A DNA stretch of 64,000 nucleotides from a virus. Lineage: Duplodnaviria > Caudoviricetes. A model generated the notes under the pieces. That model was not told the origin of the DNA and searched no databases. It was given only the letters and a program-made list of their open reading frames with translations. The DNA is taken from positions 410-64,409 of IMG/VR virus record IMGVR_UViG_3300044630_004692. One strand, given 5' to 3'. Positions within the stretch are counted from its first letter, which is position 1; each line of letters starts with the position of its first letter. This document shows positions 1 through 6,329 of the stretch, piece by piece. The position numbers and the translations under genes were made by a program.

Positions 1-40
1 TTCTCAAGCCTATCAACGATGCTCAAACAGAGAAGTCACT

Positions 41-112
41 GCGGAATTAGTTCAGTGGTAGAACGTCAGCCTTCCAAGCTGAATGTCAGGGGTTCAAGTC
101 CCCTATTCCGCT
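41..112 (+). tRNA. tRNA-Gly(TCC)
   Basis: Acceptor GCGGAAT/ATTCCGC, anticodon arm TCAGC-CT TCC AA-GCTGA, T-loop TTCAAGT; CCA not encoded. Confidence 0.95.
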
Positions 113-133
113 TCCTCAAACATTGAGGTTATT

Positions 134-289
134 ATGTCACTTATTTCACAAAAAGATAGGGACCTTGCTATTGAAGCACTGGACTTCTATCTCTTCAATA
201 AAAAGTTTGACTTTACTGAAGCAAAACGAGCAGAAGTAAATGCTCTTATTAATTGGATTAAATTGGAAAAATCTAAGCATGAAAATTAA
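134..289 (+). CDS. small hypothetical protein (MSLISQKDRDLAIE...)
   Basis: ATG at 134 with GAGG RBS; the upstream part of the track ORF overlaps the tRNA. Confidence 0.7.
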   Translation: MSLISQKDRDLAIEALDFYLFNKKFDFTEAKRAEVNALINWIKLEKSKHEN

Positions 290-443
290 TCTTTGGTATT
301 GTGAAACGATGAATCAATGGAGGTGGACTCTTGTAGACGACCACCGCCCTGTTATCAAAATGGAATCAGGTCAACAACCTGACCTTCGCGTAGCAATGAA
401 TGACATTGCAAACACTGTTGAATATATGTTATCTCATCAGTGA
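279..443 (+). CDS. small hypothetical protein (MKINLWYCETMNQWRW...)
   Basis: ATG at 279 overlapping the end of the previous gene. Confidence 0.7.
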   Translation: MKINLWYCETMNQWRWTLVDDHRPVIKMESGQQPDLRVAMNDIANTVEYMLSHQ

Positions 444-449
444 TTTCAT

Positions 450-521
450 TCCAGAGTAGCTCAGTGGCAGAGCTGGCGGCTGTTAACCGCTCGGTCGCAG
501 GTTCAAATCCTGCCTCTGGAG
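450..521 (+). tRNA. tRNA-Asn(GTT)
   Basis: Acceptor TCCAGAG/CTCTGGA, anticodon arm GGCGG-CT GTT AA-CCGCT, T-loop TTCAAAT. Confidence 0.95.
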
Positions 522-545
522 TTGCTATACAATATAGCAAAAAAT

Positions 546-625
546 GTAGGAACCAAAACCTCTTCCTGGTCATGGCTAGGTAATGTGAAGAGGGAGGCTT
601 AAGGTGATGCTCTCCCCTCCTACCA
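546..625 (+). ncRNA. unassigned structured RNA candidate
   Basis: GC-rich intergenic island; GTAGGA(546-551)/TCCTAC(618-623) closing stem, CCTCTTC/GAAGAGG and GGGAG/CTCCC stems. Confidence 0.45.
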
Positions 626-653
626 CTAAATACATGTATCGGTAGATACAGTC

Positions 654-917
654 ATGAAATACAAAATCTCCTCAAAGTATTGTTATTACAATAATGAAAT
701 TGTAGAGATGTATTTCATTAATAATGTTCCATTTACTTTTAATGAACTTCCTACAATAATGCAGGAAGACCCATATGTTCAAGTTGAAGCATCTTCTAAT
801 CAAGAATATACTCCAGAAGATTTATATAGAACTTCGTTTTATTTAATTGATGAAGAATGTCATCCTTGTTTATTCCCAGTAGATTTAGAAAATCCTGAGG
901 ACATGCCAAATGATTGA
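654..917 (+). CDS. hypothetical protein
   Basis: 87-aa ORF with CTAAATA late-type promoter at 626-632. Confidence 0.75.
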   Translation: MKYKISSKYCYYNNEIVEMYFINNVPFTFNELPTIMQEDPYVQVEASSNQEYTPEDLYRTSFYLIDEECHPCLFPVDLENPEDMPND

Positions 918-1431
918 TAAATTTTTATCATACTTAGAAGGAACGTTTGATAATAAAACTCAAGCATATACCTATCCTGGTGCATTTGGTCATATTCAAA
1001 TTACTCATAAGATTATAACAAATAATCTTGTATATGGAGAACAAGGATATGTTTATTGCAATGGAACTCCATATAGACAATTTGTATTAGAAATTTTTCA
1101 GGATGATAATTTTATTATTGTACAAAATTACAAATTAAATAACCCAGAAAAATTTTTAGGATTCAATAATTTAAATTTGATGACAAGCTCAGATATTTCA
1201 TTAAATGAAAAATGTAATATCTATTTCACCGAAAGAAATAATATATTTTATGGTGAAAGTATTGGGTGTGAATGTTATGTTAATTGGTCTAATACATTAA
1301 CCTATCTACAAACATATTCTCATCTTTCATCTGAATATTATTTTGTTGAGGATATTGGAATTAGTATGGAAACTGGAAAACAAATTTGGGGTTCCAGAAA
1401 TGGAAAATTTCATTTTTATAAAATAAAATAA
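910..1431 (+). CDS. cpeT: CpeT/CpcT-family phycobiliprotein lyase
   Basis: LEGTFDNKTQA...PYRQF...D-G...GKQIWGS motifs of T-type lyases. Confidence 0.8.
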   Translation: MIDKFLSYLEGTFDNKTQAYTYPGAFGHIQITHKIITNNLVYGEQGYVYCNGTPYRQFVLEIFQDDNFIIVQNYKLNNPEKFLGFNNLNLMTSSDISLNEKCNIYFTERNNIFYGESIGCECYVNWSNTLTYLQTYSHLSSEYYFVEDIGISMETGKQIWGSRNGKFHFYKIK

Positions 1432-1434
1432 TAC

Positions 1435-1508
1435 GCCTCTGTAGCTCAGTTGGATAGAGCAGGGCTTTTGTAAAGCTCAGGTCGCATGTTCAAGTCATGT
1501 CAGGGGCT
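1435..1508 (+). tRNA. tRNA-Thr(TGT)
   Basis: Acceptor GCCTCTG/CAGGGGC, anticodon arm GGGCT-TT TGT AA-AGCTC, T-loop TTCAAGT. Confidence 0.92.
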
Positions 1509-1527
1509 TAAAATAAATATTAATTCT

Positions 1528-1740
1528 ATGTACGAAAATCAAACCGAGTTTGAATGGCATTTACTTGACTTTGGAAAAAAAGTAGAGTATATTCTTGCTG
1601 CAGAAATGGCTGGTAGAGTTAATGCCAATGATGCCTATAAACAAATTAAAGATTTATTTGAAGACCTTAAAAAGTTTCGTAAAAAAGAAAAGAAGCAAGA
1701 TAATCCTTTAGATTACGATAACATTCCTGAGAGGTATTGA
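1528..1740 (+). CDS. hypothetical protein (MYENQTEFE...)
   Basis: ATG at 1528 just after the tRNA. Confidence 0.75.
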   Translation: MYENQTEFEWHLLDFGKKVEYILAAEMAGRVNANDAYKQIKDLFEDLKKFRKKEKKQDNPLDYDNIPERY

Positions 1741-1742
1741 TT

Positions 1743-2330
1743 ATGTTTACACAAGGACTGGTTGAAACTGAAAACGAAGACCCTGGATTTGAGATTACTC
1801 ATCTCTCATTCCGCAAAAGAAGGTCAGAGAATATGTATGGTGGTCCTGTGCATTACTATGTTGGCAACATCGTATTTCGTTTGACTAACGAGGATGCGAA
1901 GCGTCGCATGGAATACATCATGCAAGAGAACGAGAGAGTTCGTGTAGCACCAGACGAGGAGTTACACAACAAGTATTACGATGGTCTTCACTTCAAGTTC
2001 AATACTGAAGAACGAGAAGAGGATGCTGTAGAAGATGAGGATGGACAAAAGTTCTATCCATTAGATATTATCAACAAAGAAGGCATCAAAGATGAGGATG
2101 TATTCATCTGGGGATACCGTCGTAACATGGACCCTCTACATGACTTCATTGAATACATTGAGAAGTTTGATTGTTACAGAATGCACGAATACTTTCAAGA
2201 CACACCAGTAGTTCGTGGTATAATACAGTATCTCCAAGACATGAAAGATGGTAAACCTAATCCAAGCCGCACGGTCTATCATGAGCAGTTCCTCTCAACG
2301 CTCACAAACCTCTGCTGGTGGTGGGACTAG
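1743..2330 (+). CDS. hypothetical protein
   Basis: 195-aa ORF, GAGG RBS before ATG at 1743. Confidence 0.8.
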   Translation: MFTQGLVETENEDPGFEITHLSFRKRRSENMYGGPVHYYVGNIVFRLTNEDAKRRMEYIMQENERVRVAPDEELHNKYYDGLHFKFNTEEREEDAVEDEDGQKFYPLDIINKEGIKDEDVFIWGYRRNMDPLHDFIEYIEKFDCYRMHEYFQDTPVVRGIIQYLQDMKDGKPNPSRTVYHEQFLSTLTNLCWWWD

Positions 2331-2454
2331 AACCTGCTCCAAATGCAAAACTGAGAAACCCCTTGACAAGGACCACTACCAAGTGGTAAAATACTTTCGT
2401 TCTGGTTTCTCCTATTATTGCAATGAATGCAATAAACCCAAACCCAAGGATTGA
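2281..2454 (+). CDS. small zinc-finger protein (CSKC...CNEC)
   Basis: Two CxxC pairs; start uncertain and overlapping the upstream gene. Confidence 0.5.
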   Translation: MSSSSQRSQTSAGGGTRTCSKCKTEKPLDKDHYQVVKYFRSGFSYYCNECNKPKPKD

Positions 2455-2484
2455 CAAGATACTCTGTTCGTGGTATCATAAATA
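2451..2484 (+). promoter_or_regulatory. sigma70-type promoter with overlapping late promoter driving the tmRNA
   Basis: TTGACA-17-TATCAT with TG extension; ATAAATA at 2478-2484. Confidence 0.75.
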
Positions 2485-2485
2485 T

Positions 2486-2676
2486 GTCGGTTGGAAACCC
2501 AACCTAACTCATTCTGGACTGGGGTTCGACTCCCCACACCTCCATTCACGGGGGTGAACTGGTATCGACGGGGTGGGGGATGCGAGAACAAATCTCAACA
2601 ACATCGTAAAATTTGAGAGGACTTCTGTTGCTGTATAGTAACGAACTCTGACTCACAATCGGGGGGAATTCCCCCC
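2486..2676 (+). ncRNA. ssrA: circularly permuted two-piece tmRNA
   Basis: 3' tRNA-like half first (T-arm TGGGG-TTCGACT-CCCCA, CACCTCCA 2537-2544), 5-nt linker, then GGGGGTG-AACTGGTATCGAC (2550-2569); G3.U70 pair; tag frame 2594-2638 LNNIVKFERTSVAV with tandem stops; outer ends approximate. Confidence 0.88.
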
Positions 2677-2680
2677 TTCA
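2661..2680 (+). terminator. hairpin ending the tmRNA precursor
   Basis: GGGGGG-AATT-CCCCCC followed by TT. Confidence 0.6.
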
Positions 2681-2704
2681 AAATATAATATAAATTGTTT
2701 AAAC

Positions 2705-3067
2705 ATGGCAATTAAATACAATCTAACAATTGATAAACTTGAAAAAATTACATCACTTAATGAATTTAATAATGTAATTAATGCAGTATCAGTTGTAATT
2801 AATGCATATTCTGAAGAATATCCAGATATTACATACGAATGTAGTGGAGATATCAAACTAGATGTTTCTAAAATTATTGAAGACCAATTTATTTCTTTTG
2901 AAGAAATTACACAGGAAGTAGTTCTTGATTGGATTCTTAAAAAGGAAGGAGTAGAAACTGTAGAAGAATTTTCTTTATTAAAATTTTCAATTGCCAACAT
3001 TCAATCTCGCATCAATAATCTAAACGAAAAAGAATTAATTGATGTAAATTGGACAATAAGTAATTGA
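2705..3067 (+). CDS. hypothetical protein resembling small fibre-associated proteins
   Basis: FISFEEITQEVVLDWI motif. Confidence 0.7.
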   Translation: MAIKYNLTIDKLEKITSLNEFNNVINAVSVVINAYSEEYPDITYECSGDIKLDVSKIIEDQFISFEEITQEVVLDWILKKEGVETVEEFSLLKFSIANIQSRINNLNEKELIDVNWTISN

Positions 3068-3072
3068 TATAT

Positions 3073-3120
3073 AGTCTCGGAGTAGACTTTAAACTCTGCC
3101 CTGGTCGGGAGCAACCCCCT
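3073..3120 (+). ncRNA. single copy of a manA-like RNA module
   Basis: AGTCT-CGGAGT-AGACT-TTAAA...TGCCCTGGTCGGG, near-identical to the module at 3316. Confidence 0.5.
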
Positions 3121-3129
3121 TTAATTCCT

Positions 3130-3327
3130 ATGGAAAATACCCAAATCTGTTCACTCAAGTTATCAAGAGTCTGCTCTGAAATTGAAAGTGTAATTAATAC
3201 ACTTAAACAAATTCAAGTCCATATGGACTTGAAAACTTATGTTAAAGTTGATGAGACAATTAGAAAACTTGATGAACACAAACAATATATCTGGCAAATA
3301 TATAAAGATATTGATGTCTCGGAATGA
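3130..3327 (+). CDS. small helical hypothetical protein between two RNA modules
   Basis: ATG at 3130 (MENTQICSLK...). Confidence 0.6.
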   Translation: MENTQICSLKLSRVCSEIESVINTLKQIQVHMDLKTYVKVDETIRKLDEHKQYIWQIYKDIDVSE

Positions 3328-3476
3328 CTTAAAAACTTGCCCTGGTGGAGTCAAACATGACCCAATTTAGTCCTCGTCGGATTGGACATTAAATATGCCG
3401 ACTGGTGCGGATGAGGAGTTTTTTAACTCCGCCGAGTTTCCAATTTTCTCGTAAACAAAATTGGTGGCGAGCCTGC
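3316..3476 (+). ncRNA. structured RNA, probably manA motif
   Basis: Two GTC-TCGGA-GAC-TTAAA-TGCC-TGGT modules, GTCGG/CCGAC pairing, GGAGTT/AACTCC hairpin, CCAATTTT/AAAATTGG stem; family name from memory of cyanophage manA RNAs. Confidence 0.6.
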
Positions 3477-3484
3477 AAAGGGGG

Positions 3485-3514
3485 TTGACAACCCCTAACA
3501 GCTCCTAGTATAAT
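3485..3514 (+). promoter_or_regulatory. sigma70 promoter for the tRNA-like RNA
   Basis: TTGACA-18-TATAAT, with each box inside an inverted repeat. Confidence 0.7.
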
Positions 3515-3524
3515 AGGAGCATAT

Positions 3525-3594
3525 GGAAGTGAAGCCAACTGGAGCGGCACGGAGACAATCCATACAGTAGTTGGTTCGATTCCAACCACTTCCA
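3525..3594 (+). tRNA. atypical tRNA-like RNA with shortened anticodon arm (identity undetermined)
   Basis: Perfect acceptor GGAAGTG/CACTTCC+A, D-arm GCC/GGC, T-arm GTTGG-TTCGATT-CCAAC; anticodon arm only GGA-GACAA-TCC. Confidence 0.7.
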
Positions 3595-3599
3595 CACAA

Positions 3600-3607
3600 T
3601 ATAAATA
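3600..3607 (+). promoter_or_regulatory. T4-type late promoter
   Basis: TATAAATA upstream of the porin gene. Confidence 0.7.
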
Positions 3608-3631
3608 AATTGTTGTAATTCTTAACATACT

Positions 3632-4492
3632 ATGATGATTCGTTCATTTATTGCTGCTGGTGTTGTTGCTGCCTCTATGGCTGCCCCTGCCATGGCACAA
3701 GTCACCAGTGTTTCACAACTGCGTGATGTTCAACCAACTGAGTGGTCATACCAGGCTATCTCTAACCTAGTATCACGTTATGGTTGTGTTGCTGGTTTCC
3801 CTGATGGTACTTTCCGTCCTGGTGAACCTGCTACTCGTGCTCAACTTGCTGCACTAACCAACGCATGTCTGGACCGTATTAGTGAATTCCAAACTGCTGC
3901 AGATGCACAGCTAGCTGCTGCTCTTCGTGCAGAATTTGCTAAAGAACTAGGTGCTACCAATGCCCGTGTAAGTGCTCTTGAACTTGCTGCTGCTCAAAAA
4001 GCTCAAGGTGTAGGTAACTATCTTGGTCTTGGCGTACTGCTAAACAAGCAGGGTGTTGATGGTGATGGTAAGTCTGTTAACAGCACTATCTCTGGTGGTA
4101 CTCTCCAGGCTCGCTATGCTGTAAAGACTTTTAGCAACCAGAATGCTGTTTCTGTTCGTCCTTACATCAACGCTGTAGCTGGTCCTAATAGCAACATCGG
4201 TGCTGCTGGCGGTGCTATGGTTTCCTATGACTGGAGCATCTCTCGTGCTGCATCTGGCGTTAGCCGTGCTAACATCTACGCAGGTGCTGGTTATCAAGTT
4301 CCTTTCGTAAATGGTGTTGAAGCAAATGCTCAACCTGCTGTTGGGACTGGTACTGCCGTTCTTGCCCTTGGTCTTGAAGGTCGTATCACCAACTCTCTGG
4401 TTGGTTTTGCTGACCTGAAGTTCCCGACTCAAAATGCTGGTGGAGGTTCTTACTCTCCTGTGTTTACCACTGGTCTGGGCTTCAAGTTCTGA
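3632..4492 (+). CDS. SLH-domain outer-membrane porin-like protein
   Basis: Signal peptide, cyanobacterial porin N-terminus QVTSVSQLRDVQPTEWSYQA...YGCVAGFPDGTFR, coiled coil, beta-strands, C-terminal Phe. Confidence 0.85.
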   Translation: MMIRSFIAAGVVAASMAAPAMAQVTSVSQLRDVQPTEWSYQAISNLVSRYGCVAGFPDGTFRPGEPATRAQLAALTNACLDRISEFQTAADAQLAAALRAEFAKELGATNARVSALELAAAQKAQGVGNYLGLGVLLNKQGVDGDGKSVNSTISGGTLQARYAVKTFSNQNAVSVRPYINAVAGPNSNIGAAGGAMVSYDWSISRAASGVSRANIYAGAGYQVPFVNGVEANAQPAVGTGTAVLALGLEGRITNSLVGFADLKFPTQNAGGGSYSPVFTTGLGFKF

Positions 4493-4505
4493 TTTTCTGA
4501 CAATC

Positions 4506-4529
4506 GGGGGTTGACAAACCCCCTTTTTT
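4506..4529 (+). terminator. intrinsic terminator containing the -35 box of the hli promoter
   Basis: GGGGGTT-GACA-AACCCCC-TTTTTT; TTGACA(4511)-17-TATACT(4534). Confidence 0.75.
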
Positions 4530-4565
4530 CATATATACTAATGTAACAATTCTTAATGAACTAAT

Positions 4566-4760
4566 ATGACGGTAACAACTAATGAGCGTGGGCAAATGAA
4601 TATGTTTGCTAATGAGCCCACAATGTATTATGAAAACTACGGGATGTATACCCCTTCAGAAATCAAGGAACGTACAAATGGACGCTGGGCTATGGTCGGT
4701 ATTATTGCTGGCTTTATTTCTTATTCTATCACAGGTAAACTATTCTTCGGAATCTTTTGA
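4566..4760 (+). CDS. hli: high-light inducible protein
   Basis: MTVTTNERGQMNMFANEP N-terminus and ERTNGRWAMVG motif. Confidence 0.9.
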   Translation: MTVTTNERGQMNMFANEPTMYYENYGMYTPSEIKERTNGRWAMVGIIAGFISYSITGKLFFGIF

Positions 4761-4771
4761 GGAGGAAAACA

Positions 4772-4891
4772 ATGGAAAAAATCTTCACAGAAAAGGCTGA
4801 GCGCCTAAATGGTCGTCTCGCTATGCTAGGATTCGTGGCTGCAGTTGGTGCATATCTTGCAACTGGCCAAGTAATCCCTGGTGTATGGTGA
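4772..4891 (+). CDS. hli: second, short high-light inducible protein (39 aa, not in ORF track)
   Basis: MEKIFTEKAERLNGRLAMLGFVAAVGAYLATGQVIPGVW; GGAGG RBS. Confidence 0.92.
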   Translation: MEKIFTEKAERLNGRLAMLGFVAAVGAYLATGQVIPGVW

Positions 4892-4892
4892 A

Positions 4893-4979
4893 ATGGGAGA
4901 AGTAATTTTTACTACTACTAGTATTACATTTCTAGTTCTTTTATTTCACTCTATCAATAAACTATCTGAAACATATTGA
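4893..4979 (+). CDS. 28-aa putative single-TM peptide
   Basis: MGEVIFTTTSITFLVLLFHSINKLSETY, ATG 1 nt after the hli stop. Confidence 0.5.
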   Translation: MGEVIFTTTSITFLVLLFHSINKLSETY

Positions 4980-5011
4980 TAAATACAGGAGGTTCAATAC
5001 CTCCTTTTTTT

Positions 5012-5611
5012 ATGTCTATAAAATTCGTTGATGCATCGAAATATGATAAAGGACTTCCTCATCAACTAGATGCATGGGAGTATCTTCAACAAAATACTCC
5101 ACCACATGTATTAGTTGAATTTGAGAAAAGATTTAGAAATCAAAAAGCTGATAATTTATATTCTGGAATATCACTGATTAAAGAATTTGAAAATATTGAA
5201 TTGGTTGCATACCCAGACCCTAAAACAAAAGGTAAACCTTATACAGTAGGTTGGGGAAGCACTCGTAAGAAAGATGGAACTCCTTTTAAGTTGGGAGAAA
5301 GGATTACCCAAAAAGAAGCAGATGAGCTATTTGATTATCAAATTCAAAATGAATTTCTCCCACAACTTAGAAAGATTCCATACTGGGAGGAAATGAATGT
5401 CAATCAAAGAGGGGCTTTACTTTGCTTTGCTTATAATCTTGGTGCAGATTTCTATGGTTCTCCTGACTTTAATACTATTACACGAGTCTTGAAGAATAAA
5501 GAATGGTCTAAAGTACCAGAAGCACTTAAACTCTATCGTAATCCTGGAACTGATGTAGAGGCAGGATTATTAAGAAGAAGAATTGCTGAAGGAAAACTTT
5601 GGATGAGTTAA
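5012..5611 (+). CDS. GH24 lysozyme/endolysin
   Basis: LIKEFE...AYPDP...TVGWGST, ALLCFAYNLG, GLLRRRIAE; ATAAATA upstream. Confidence 0.9.
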   Translation: MSIKFVDASKYDKGLPHQLDAWEYLQQNTPPHVLVEFEKRFRNQKADNLYSGISLIKEFENIELVAYPDPKTKGKPYTVGWGSTRKKDGTPFKLGERITQKEADELFDYQIQNEFLPQLRKIPYWEEMNVNQRGALLCFAYNLGADFYGSPDFNTITRVLKNKEWSKVPEALKLYRNPGTDVEAGLLRRRIAEGKLWMS

Positions 5612-5946
5612 TCTTCCATCTTTGCTTTTAAACCAAGCAATGCTGTAAGTAAAGTAAATAAAGCATTATATCCCCTGCTCTCGGATTCTTTGCAGTCCAA
5701 GGGTGGGGGATTTACTAATCCACCTAATGCATCTGCTCTTTCCATTGACCCAGGAACCATAAAATTACAATTTACAAATGTAATACCAACATATCCTAGT
5801 GTTCCTATTACAAGAGTTACAATCAATTTATCCAAAAGGCAAAGACCTTTTCTTTCCTTTTTTGGCTGGTCTCCTGATGAATCTGATAACTTCTGTTGGT
5901 TGTCTTTTTGGTTGTGGTCTTCTGTTTTCATTGAAAACTCCATCAT
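5608..5946 (-). CDS. membrane protein with two hydrophobic segments (holin candidate)
   Basis: LIVTLVIGTLGYVGITFV and ALFTLLTALLGL; convergent with the endolysin. Confidence 0.6.
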   Translation of the reverse strand: MMEFSMKTEDHNQKDNQQKLSDSSGDQPKKERKGLCLLDKLIVTLVIGTLGYVGITFVNCNFMVPGSMERADALGGLVNPPPLDCKESESRGYNALFTLLTALLGLKAKMED

Positions 5947-5991
5947 TGGTAATTAATCGTGTAAGTAATAGTCCAACGATAAAAATGGATT

Positions 5992-6183
5992 TCATTTTTG
6001 TTCTTGTTTATGAATCCAGGTTTTCAATTCATGCAAATATTCAATAAGTTGATTTGCTTTTTCTTCATGCCAAAAATCTCCAGTAGATAACCATTCTTTT
6101 CTGTGGTTATCTATAGCTTTTAATATTTGATGTATTGGAGTATTCCAAGGTTCTCTTATAGGAGTATTCCATTCCCTTGGCAT
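5992..6183 (-). CDS. hypothetical protein
   Basis: 63-aa ORF; minus-strand ATAAATA at 6205-6211. Confidence 0.75.
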   Translation of the reverse strand: MPREWNTPIREPWNTPIHQILKAIDNHRKEWLSTGDFWHEEKANQLIEYLHELKTWIHKQEQK

Positions 6184-6231
6184 GGTGTATACTATTATTT
6201 TAAGTATTTATTATAATATCTGCTTTGGCCC

Positions 6232-6265
6232 TTGACAGGGCAGGCGACCTGTGGTACTATAAATA
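6232..6265 (+). promoter_or_regulatory. dual sigma70 and late promoter for psbA
   Basis: TTGACA-17-TACTAT overlapping TATAAATA. Confidence 0.8.
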
Positions 6266-6329
6266 AGTGGTGAGGGACGTAACATTCCTTCACATACTTT
6301 TTAATAAACCTTTACGTTCTTTTAAAACC

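Noticed and set aside
1-40. TTCTC/GAGAA stem just before tRNA-Gly
   Set aside because: Truncated by the window edge; cannot be evaluated
355-573. Track ORFs overlapping RNA genes (also 3389-3628 and the 5' parts of 83-289, 1486-1740, 9013-9258)
   Set aside because: Better explained by tRNA or ncRNA sequence; starts were reassigned downstream
522-625. tRNA-associated HDV-like (theta) ribozyme
   Set aside because: ACC-TCTTCCT-GGT resembles P3/L3, but no P1 partner strand could be identified
3420-3435. TAACTCCGCC resembles a twister ribozyme cleavage-site context
   Set aside because: It is explained by the GGAGTT/AACTCC hairpin, and the remaining twister elements were not found
6267-6329. 21-aa N-terminal extension of D1 from the GTG at 6267
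   Set aside because: D1 homology starts at MTATL (ATG 6330); the upstream part is the 5' leader
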